DNA of 32,000 nucleotides from Mycobacterium tuberculosis H37Rv (GTDB lineage: Bacteria > Actinomycetota > Actinomycetes > Mycobacteriales > Mycobacteriaceae): NCBI RefSeq assembly GCF_000195955.2, contig NC_000962.3, forward strand, positions 990,001 through 1,022,000. Direction: 5' to 3'. This document shows, piece after piece, positions 26,236 to 32,000 of the stretch. The translations under genes and the position numbers were made by a program. The notes under the pieces are model-generated. The model was given only the letters and a program-made list of their open reading frames with translations. It did no database searches and had not been told where the DNA came from. The first letter of the stretch is position 1, and each line of letters opens with the position of its first letter.

Positions 26236-26685
26236 ATGACGCGCCGCCTGCGCCCTGGTTGGCTCGTGGCACTTTCCGCCGCGGTCATCGCGGCCAGCAC
26301 CTGGATGCCTTGGCTGACGACGACCGTCGGCGGTGGAGGCTGGGTCAACGCCATTGGGGGCACACACGGCAGCCTGGAGCTCCCGCACGGGTTCGGCCCG
26401 GGTCAGCTCATCGTCTTGCTTTCCTCGACGCTGCTGGTGGTTGGCGCGATGGCGGGACGCGGCCTGTCGGTGAAGCTTTCCTCGATTGCCGCGCTGGTCG
26501 TCTCGCTGCTCATCGTGGCACTCACGGTGTGGTACTACAAGCTCAACGTCAACCCACCCGTGTCAGCCGAATACGGGCTGTACTTCGGTGCCGCCGGCGG
26601 GGTGTGCGCGGTGGGTTGCTCGTTGTGGGCTGCGGTGTCGGCCGCTTCGCCTGGGCGTCGTCGCCATCGTGAAGTGGTGCGGTAG
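26236..26685 (+). CDS. Rv0912: Small integral membrane protein, about 4 TM helices (Rv0912). An alternative start is ATG 26212.
   Basis: Track ORF 26074-26685. ATG 26236 gives MTRRLRPGWLVALSAAVIAASTW..., followed by three more hydrophobic segments (LIVLLSSTLLVVGAMAG, IAALVVSLLIVALTVWYY, GLYFGAAGGVCAVGCSLWAAV). The upstream part of the track ORF overlaps the Rv0911 3' end and is rejected. Confidence 0.8.
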   Translation: MTRRLRPGWLVALSAAVIAASTWMPWLTTTVGGGGWVNAIGGTHGSLELPHGFGPGQLIVLLSSTLLVVGAMAGRGLSVKLSSIAALVVSLLIVALTVWYYKLNVNPPVSAEYGLYFGAAGGVCAVGCSLWAAVSAASPGRRRHREVVR

Positions 26686-26747
26686 AACATTTCAGCCCGG
26701 CGGAACTCGTGTTTTCCCCGTGCGGGGCTGGCTCCCGATTGGGTAGC

Positions 26748-27095
26748 CCCGTACACGAAAGGCGCAAACACAACCTCGCGGCCATCCGGGTCGCGATAGA
26801 TGACGGCTCCGGTAGCTTCTCAAAGGGGGCGTTGTTCCACCGGCTGGGTCGCCACCTCTTGCAGGCCAGTAAGTGCGGCTTGCTGCCCCCGCTTGTCCGA
26901 GCAATACCGGCACAGCTGTTCGTGATGGTCTGTTTCGACGATTTCCAGCGTCAGGCTCGAGCTGGGAAGGCCGAATATCGCGCCGTTGCTTCCGTAGCTT
27001 TCGGCGAAGGTCTGGTCGAGCATTCCCACCAGATCACGGTAGAACCGCACTGTCTCTTCCAAGTTCGACGGGCGGGGCCGATTGACGCCAATCCC
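26748..27095 (-). pseudogene. Single-domain VOC/glyoxalase-like gene remnant with an in-frame TGA and no obvious start codon, unannotated as far as I recall
   Basis: Minus-strand frame: GIGVNRPRPSNLEETVRFYRDLVGMLDQTFAESYGSNGAIFGLPSSSLTLEIVETDHHEQLCRYCSDKRGQQAALTGLQEVATQPVEQRPL-TGA(26822-26820)-EATGAVIYRDPDGREVVFAPFVYG, all in one frame. The FYRDxLG start and the RDPDG..V.F end are the hallmarks of one VOC module of about 116 aa. Confidence 0.6.
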
Positions 27096-27216
27096 TCGGG
27101 CCAGTGCGTTGTTCGGCGGCGCTTTTCGTTGTCCACCGCTACTCCGTTTCGCCGAGGCTGCACTTCTGCAGGCCGCTACTCGCAGTTTTGCTGCGGATTT
27201 TCCGGCTCGGTGCAAT

Positions 27217-28725
27217 TCATAGCCCAACGGCAGCCGCCGGCGACTCTGCGTGATCCCAGCGACGCAACTCGGCGCCCGGCACCCACGCCGAATGCGTGCC
27301 GCTGGAAATACGTTCCGGCAGTGCAAGCTTGCATATCGGGCCATCGCCGGGGCGCGCCGCGTCGAAAACCAGGCAATACGATGCGTCGTCGTTCATGTCG
27401 GTGGTGAGGGTGACCAGATAGCCGTCGTCCTCGGCGCTGCTGCCCACCCGTGGAGCCATCGCGGTCTCACTTCCGTAGACGCCGTCACCGAACGAGTAAC
27501 ACTCGTGGTTGCCGGTGAGCAGATCGTGCTTAACCAGTCCGTCGAACAGGAACCAACTCGGTTTGCCGGTAGCGGCATAGGTGTAACGGTAGCTGCTGGC
27601 CGCGTAATCGGCGTTGATGGTTCCGAACTCGGTGATGGACTCGGACAGTTGCTCCTCGTGGACTGCCCCGGTCACCATATTGAGCCGCCACCGATGTAGC
27701 CGGGACTGCAGCCGATCCAGAGCCAGGAACCGAAACAGCTTCTCCCACTTCGTTCCTCCGGTGTCAAGTGGCTGCGGATCGCCTTCGTAGAAGCCGTCGA
27801 GCACGATCTCGTCGCCCTGCTCGTAGGCGTTGGTGAAGTGCAACACGAACGTTGGATCGGCTTCGAACCAGCGAATGTCGTTGCCTCGGCGAGCAACAAC
27901 CGCAAACCGAGATGGAATCTCCGGATAGAAGCGTGGTAGGTGCACGTCGCGCTCGAGCAGCCTGGGATCCCAGAACAGTGGAAAATCGTTGAGGATTACG
28001 TAATTTTCGGTGAACGCCATGTCATGCGGTAGCCGCGGCCCGGGCAGCGGAACATCGACATAGTGCACAAGCTCATTGTTCTGGTCGACAACGCCGTAGC
28101 GCATATACGGCTCTTGCTTGCTGTAGTTGAAGAACAACAGTTCGCCGGTCTTGTTGTCTACCTTCGGATGTGCCGACACGCCCCAGTCGAACGGAAACCT
28201 TCCGTGCCAGCTCTCCTTGCCGAGCGTATTGGCCGAGTACGGGTCGATCCGATACAGATCGCCGCACTGGTAGAAGCTAGTCAGCGCGATACCTCGGTGG
28301 ACGATGACGTCGGTGCTCGACGCGTCCTTCATGAGGCCACGAGCGCCCCAGCCGTGTTCCCGCTTGGCCAGTTGCACCGGTTCTGCCAGACCCGGCCACA
28401 GCGGCCCGCCGGCCTCGTTCTCGGCCAAGAATCCATCGGTGCGAATAAATCGGTTGCGGTAGAAGGCTTTTCCATCACGGAAGCCGACGACATGGATCAT
28501 GCCGTCGCCATCGAAGGGGTGGTAGGTCGCGAATGCCGGGTGTAGCGGGTTCTCGGTGTTGCGCAGGTAGATGCCGTCCAGGTCGGCGGGGACTTCGCCT
28601 GTCACGGTGGTCAGGTCGTCGGCATCCCATTCGGTGGTCTGTGGTCGCCACGGACCGGTGCGATAGGGGTGGTCGTCGTCTTCGGGAAGGGTCGACAAGT
28701 ACTTGCCGACAATCGTGATGTCCAT
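27217..28725 (-). CDS. Rv0913c: Carotenoid/apocarotenoid-cleavage oxygenase (RPE65/CCO family) dioxygenase (Rv0913c)
   Basis: Track ORF 27217-28782. The internal ATG 28725-28723 sits 1 nt after the Rv0914c TGA and has AGGA about 9 nt upstream. CCO hallmarks are present: YHPFDGDGMIH, SAHPKVD, PHDMAFTENYVILND, VLHFTNAYEQGDEIVLD. Confidence 0.9.
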   Translation of the reverse strand: MDITIVGKYLSTLPEDDDHPYRTGPWRPQTTEWDADDLTTVTGEVPADLDGIYLRNTENPLHPAFATYHPFDGDGMIHVVGFRDGKAFYRNRFIRTDGFLAENEAGGPLWPGLAEPVQLAKREHGWGARGLMKDASSTDVIVHRGIALTSFYQCGDLYRIDPYSANTLGKESWHGRFPFDWGVSAHPKVDNKTGELLFFNYSKQEPYMRYGVVDQNNELVHYVDVPLPGPRLPHDMAFTENYVILNDFPLFWDPRLLERDVHLPRFYPEIPSRFAVVARRGNDIRWFEADPTFVLHFTNAYEQGDEIVLDGFYEGDPQPLDTGGTKWEKLFRFLALDRLQSRLHRWRLNMVTGAVHEEQLSESITEFGTINADYAASSYRYTYAATGKPSWFLFDGLVKHDLLTGNHECYSFGDGVYGSETAMAPRVGSSAEDDGYLVTLTTDMNDDASYCLVFDAARPGDGPICKLALPERISSGTHSAWVPGAELRRWDHAESPAAAVGL

Positions 28726-28726
28726 T

Positions 28727-29965
28727 TCACGATCCTCGTGTGGTGCTGACAACGAAACTGACCGTGGTGGCCGTGCTGCCACCGAAATTCAGCGTGCCGA
28801 ACGCTTCGGCGTTCTCGACCTGATAGTCACCGGCAATGCCGCTCACCTGTTTGGCCGCGTCGAGCAGCATCCGCACACCGGAAGCCCCGACCGGATGTCC
28901 GCCACCGATCAGTCCTCCGCTGGGGTTGATGGGTAGCCGCCCGCCGATCTCGATCTCTCCGTTCTCGATGGCCTTCCAAGATTCCCCGGGGCCGGTCAAC
29001 CCGATGTGATCGATGGCCAGGTATTCGCTGGGGGTGAAGCAGTCGTGCACCTCGATCCCGTCCAGATCGTCGAGGGTCACCCGGGCGCGGCGCAGGGCGT
29101 CCAGCACTGTGGCCCGCACGTGCGGCAGTAGGTAGGGGGCCGAGTCGCCCTGGGCGACGCGGTCCAGTTTCTGCCGCAGACCCAACCCGACGGTGCGATG
29201 TCCCCAGCCGTCGATGCGGCCGATCGGGCGCGCGTCGCGATGGTCGCGCAGATAGGCATCGCTGACCAGGACCAATCCCGCGCCGCCGTCGGTCATCTGG
29301 CTGCAATCAAACCGTCGCAGCCGGCCTTCGGTAAGAGGGTTGGTCGCGTCGTCGTCGGTGATCGGGTCGGGGATCGTCCAGCCGCGGGTCTGCGCGTTGG
29401 GGTTGCGGCGCGCGTTGGCGAAGTTGAGTTGAGCGATGGCCCGCAGGTGAGTGTCATCCAAACCGTATCGCCGGTCGTATTCGTCGGCGACCTGAGCGAA
29501 CATCGACGGCCATAAGTAGCGGGCCTCGGCTCCTTCGTGCCCGGTCCAGGCCGCGGCACTCAGATGCTCGGCCGCGGTGTCGCCGGGCACGGTCTTCTCC
29601 AGCTCTAGGCCCACGACGAGCGCGACACGGTACGCGCCTGATCGCAGGTCGGCCATCGCCGCGAGCGTCGCCACGCTGCCGGATGCGCACGCGGCCTCGT
29701 GCCGGGTGGCCGGCGTGTCCCAGAGATCGTCGCAGACAGTGGCCGGCATCGCGCCGAGGTGGCCTTGACGGGCGAACATCTCGCCGAAGGCGTTCGCGAC
29801 GTGGACGACTCCCGCAGCGGCTAGGTCGGCGGCGTCCACCTTGGCCGCGGTGAGCGTGCCGTCGACGACCTCCCTAGTCAGGTCGGCGAAGTCGCGGTTC
29901 TCTTTGCTGAGGTTGCGAGCAAAATCGCTCTGATAGCCGCCGAGAATCCAGACACCGTCGTCCAT
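28727..29965 (-). CDS. Rv0914c: SCP-x/nonspecific lipid-transfer-type thiolase (keto-acyl-CoA thiolase-like, Rv0914c)
   Basis: Track ORF of 412 aa with the thiolase fold: an active-site Cys region (RHEAACASGSVA) and a C-terminal NPSGGLIGGGHPVGASGVRML. Confidence 0.9.
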   Translation of the reverse strand: MDDGVWILGGYQSDFARNLSKENRDFADLTREVVDGTLTAAKVDAADLAAAGVVHVANAFGEMFARQGHLGAMPATVCDDLWDTPATRHEAACASGSVATLAAMADLRSGAYRVALVVGLELEKTVPGDTAAEHLSAAAWTGHEGAEARYLWPSMFAQVADEYDRRYGLDDTHLRAIAQLNFANARRNPNAQTRGWTIPDPITDDDATNPLTEGRLRRFDCSQMTDGGAGLVLVSDAYLRDHRDARPIGRIDGWGHRTVGLGLRQKLDRVAQGDSAPYLLPHVRATVLDALRRARVTLDDLDGIEVHDCFTPSEYLAIDHIGLTGPGESWKAIENGEIEIGGRLPINPSGGLIGGGHPVGASGVRMLLDAAKQVSGIAGDYQVENAEAFGTLNFGGSTATTVSFVVSTTRGS

Positions 29966-30057
29966 AGCCGTACGCTACTACAAGCGGTGTGAACGGCCCG
30001 TCGGATAGCCACGCTCACCAGGCATTTTCCGCGCGGCGACGAACGGTTGCCGGACTT

Positions 30058-31329
30058 TTACCGCGGGGGGTTTCCGGGCGGCGGCTGCTCTCTAATCACA
30101 ACTACCGGGGGTTTGCGGCCGTCCTCTTGGCCGTCAGTGCTGGTGCCGCTACGGGTGCCGCCACCGCCCGTCGTGCCGCGTGCGGCCAGGCTCGCCAAAG
30201 CCATCCCGCTGAGCAGGCCTGCCGGCATCCCGTTTAGGGCCGTCGGGTCGGCGCCGGCGCTGGAGCTGAAGGTGGGTGTTGCCTGAACGGCGAGCTGGAT
30301 CTCCGGGGCGGCCGTGGTCCAGCTGTGCGGCACCGACAACGCTCCGACTAATGCTGCGTGGCCGACGCCCGCGGACACCGGCGCCGCGCCCCCGAAGGGG
30401 CCCCAGTGCGGCTCCGGCTCGTCGGTCGCCGAACTCAGTGGATGGCCCTGCGTCGGTCCCAGCCCGCCGGCGTTCCCGTATAGGCCGATGTGCCAGGGTC
30501 TGGCCGTGTTCGTGATCGCGAGCGCAATGCTGCCGGTCGCGATGGATGCAATGTAGAGCGCGATCACGTCCAATTCCCCTATCGGGGTGGGGATCACTAT
30601 CGGCTGAGCGGATCCGACTTGCGGGTTGAGGGTCGACGCGATCCCCAACAGTCCCGATGTCAGCGGATCAGCGTTGGCGGCCAATGCGGACAGAATGTCG
30701 CTCAGGATCCCCGGGGGCAGCTGGGCCAGTGTCGCCTGTGCATCCGCAACGGCGCCCGCACCGGCGGCTTGGGTCGCCGCGGCTGCGGCCGCGGGCCCGG
30801 CCGGGCCGGTGCCTTGCACGGGTGGAGTGAACGGCGGCAACGCCGACGCGGCCGCAGATGCCCCCTCATAGCTGTACATCACGGCAGCGTCTTGGGCCCA
30901 CATTTCGGCATACTCGGCCTGGGTAGCCGCGATCGCCGCACTGTTTTGCCCCAGAATGTTCGCCGCGACCAGCGACATCAACCGGCTGCGGTTGGCCGCG
31001 ACGAGGGATGGTGGCACCGTCATCGCGAACGCCGTCCCAAACGCTTCCGCCGCTGCCCTCGCCTGTGTGGCCGTCTCCTTCGCCAGCGCCGCCGTGGCGG
31101 CCAGCCACCCCACATACGGCGTTGCCGCGGCCGCCATCGCGGCCGCCGCCGGCCCCATCCACGGCTCAACGATCAGCGTCGACACCACCGATCCATACGA
31201 GACCGCGGCGGAAGTCAACTCCGCGGCCACACCGTCCCAGGCGGCCGCGGCGGCTAGCATCGACTCCGGCCCCGGACCGGAATACATTCGGCTTGAATTC
31301 ACTTCCGGAGGTAAAAGCCCGAAATCCAT
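30058..31329 (-). CDS. PPE14: PPE family protein PPE14 (SVP subfamily)
   Basis: Track ORF 30058-31338. ATG 31329-31327 gives MDFGLLPPEVNSSRMYSGPG... (423 aa) with a conserved 180-aa PPE N-domain. The C-terminal region contains GALSVPHSW (the SVP motif). Confidence 0.93.
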   Translation of the reverse strand: MDFGLLPPEVNSSRMYSGPGPESMLAAAAAWDGVAAELTSAAVSYGSVVSTLIVEPWMGPAAAAMAAAATPYVGWLAATAALAKETATQARAAAEAFGTAFAMTVPPSLVAANRSRLMSLVAANILGQNSAAIAATQAEYAEMWAQDAAVMYSYEGASAAASALPPFTPPVQGTGPAGPAAAAAATQAAGAGAVADAQATLAQLPPGILSDILSALAANADPLTSGLLGIASTLNPQVGSAQPIVIPTPIGELDVIALYIASIATGSIALAITNTARPWHIGLYGNAGGLGPTQGHPLSSATDEPEPHWGPFGGAAPVSAGVGHAALVGALSVPHSWTTAAPEIQLAVQATPTFSSSAGADPTALNGMPAGLLSGMALASLAARGTTGGGGTRSGTSTDGQEDGRKPPVVVIREQPPPGNPPR

Positions 31330-31343
31330 TGCCAGCAACCTCC

Positions 31344-31643
31344 TTAACCGGTCGCGACCACATTGACGGCCTCGGTGGTCGCATACGCATCGGCGGTGGC
31401 CGCCGGGAGGGCCACGAACATGCCATGGACCAGCGCGGCCGGCTTACTCACCACTCGGTAGTGCTTGGTGTGCGCGGTGAACCGGGCCGCCGTCAGGACC
31501 GACACGTCATTGGCAGCAGGGGGTAACACCCCCGTCGTCGGGGCACAGACGGCTGTGTTCCGAGCACTCACGGCGGTACCGATCGTCGGCAAGTCCCCCG
31601 TCGCGGCTGCCAAGACCACCGGCTGGATGGTCACAAAAGACAT
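31344..31643 (-). CDS. PE7: PE family protein PE7 (PE domain only)
   Basis: Track ORF of 99 aa, MSFVTIQPVVLAAATGDL...AARFTAHTKHY.... The typical PE N-domain is present, though the eponymous Pro-Glu reads Pro-Val here. Its stop is 14 nt upstream of the PPE14 ATG (a PE-PPE operon pair). Confidence 0.9.
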   Translation of the reverse strand: MSFVTIQPVVLAAATGDLPTIGTAVSARNTAVCAPTTGVLPPAANDVSVLTAARFTAHTKHYRVVSKPAALVHGMFVALPAATADAYATTEAVNVVATG

Positions 31644-32000
31644 CGGATACCACCTGACGCGGATCGCTTCATCTGATCGGTCGACATCTTCTACATAACC
31701 ACGGAAATGTCTGCTTTATAACGGAATTAGACTACTTTGTGTTGTCTGGCGTTGCTCTGCACCGACGGCATGGGTAAACGTCTGAGATGCGGGTGTCGGC
31801 GGTAGCTGAAAAACCGTGCTGACAACCATGATTCGCCATTCCCGAACGACCTGCGAACTTTGTCGCCTAGCGTAACGCCGTGGCGAGATTTGGCTCGATT
31901 GTTCGCAGTGGCGTTACGCTCGCCACGCGTGAGCCTGGATCAGGCAAACGCGGCTCCACCTGGCCATTTGCTGTCCGAGACGGTAGTTACTCAGCATGGT

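Noticed and set aside
25392-26363. 323-aa minus-strand ORF antisense to Rv0911/Rv0912
   Set aside because: It is a shadow ORF. The plus strand has a strong SD plus a duplicated VOC fold and a 4-TM protein, and the antisense product has no features.
26709-27407. 232-aa plus-strand ORF spanning the Rv0912-Rv0913c gap
   Set aside because: There are no recognisable motifs and it overlaps the Rv0913c 3' end. The minus strand of the same DNA shows a coherent VOC-domain remnant, which explains the open frames better.
30490-31257. 255-aa plus-strand ORF, and others, antisense to PPE14
   Set aside because: The sequence is extremely Arg/Gly-rich. PPE14 on the minus strand has the canonical PPE N-domain and SVP motif.
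31996-32000. ATG at the extreme right edge as a possible gene start
   Set aside because: Only five bases are visible and nothing can be supported. By my recollection the next gene starts beyond the window.

Overview
GC-rich actinobacterial chromosome. From the encoded proteins and the gene order I recognise it, from memory only, as the Mycobacterium tuberculosis complex segment Rv0890c to Rv0916c (H37Rv-like). I support 27 protein-coding genes. In order they are: a split adenylate-cyclase / STAND-ATPase / LuxR regulator pair (Rv0891c, Rv0890c); a Baeyer-Villiger monooxygenase (Rv0892); a SAM methyltransferase (Rv0893c); a truncated STAND-ATPase paralogue (Rv0894); a WS/DGAT triacylglycerol synthase (Rv0895); citrate synthase gltA2; a CrtI-like flavoprotein (Rv0897c) with small Rv0898c; the arfA(ompATb)-arfB-arfC operon; the prrA-prrB two-component system; accD3; echA6; an MBL-fold protein (Rv0906); a serine beta-lactamase/PBP-like protein (Rv0907); the P-type ATPase ctpE; the Rv0909/Rv0910 small-protein + SRPBCC toxin-antitoxin-like pair; a two-domain VOC/glyoxalase protein (Rv0911); a 4-TM membrane protein (Rv0912); a carotenoid-cleavage-type oxygenase (Rv0913c) translationally coupled to an SCP-x-type thiolase (Rv0914c); and the PE7-PPE14 pair. 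I saw no rRNA, tRNA, CRISPR array or intact mobile element. Three genes are not usable directly from the ORF track: Rv0890c runs off the left edge, and arfB (50 aa) and Rv0909 (59 aa) are short; I translated these by hand. I did not find a convincing, wholly new multi-gene system and will not claim one. The items most worth follow-up are: (1) a one-base frameshift that splits an ancestral cyclase-ATPase-TPR-LuxR gene exactly at the Rv0891c/Rv0890c junction, with a second domain-stripped paralogue (Rv0894) 4 kb away; (2) a complete lipoprotein signal peptide lying one base out of frame in front of Rv0907; (3) an unannotated, frameshifted and internally deleted ISL3-like transposase remnant between ctpE and the Rv0909/Rv0910 module; (4) an unannotated VOC/glyoxalase gene remnant with an in-frame TGA between Rv0912 and Rv0913c; (5) two perfect, U-tract-less palindromic hairpins sharing a GCGAGCAGAC core, one of which supplies the last codons and the stop codon of Rv0897c. 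Most other long ORFs in the six-frame track are high-GC antisense or out-of-frame artefacts.
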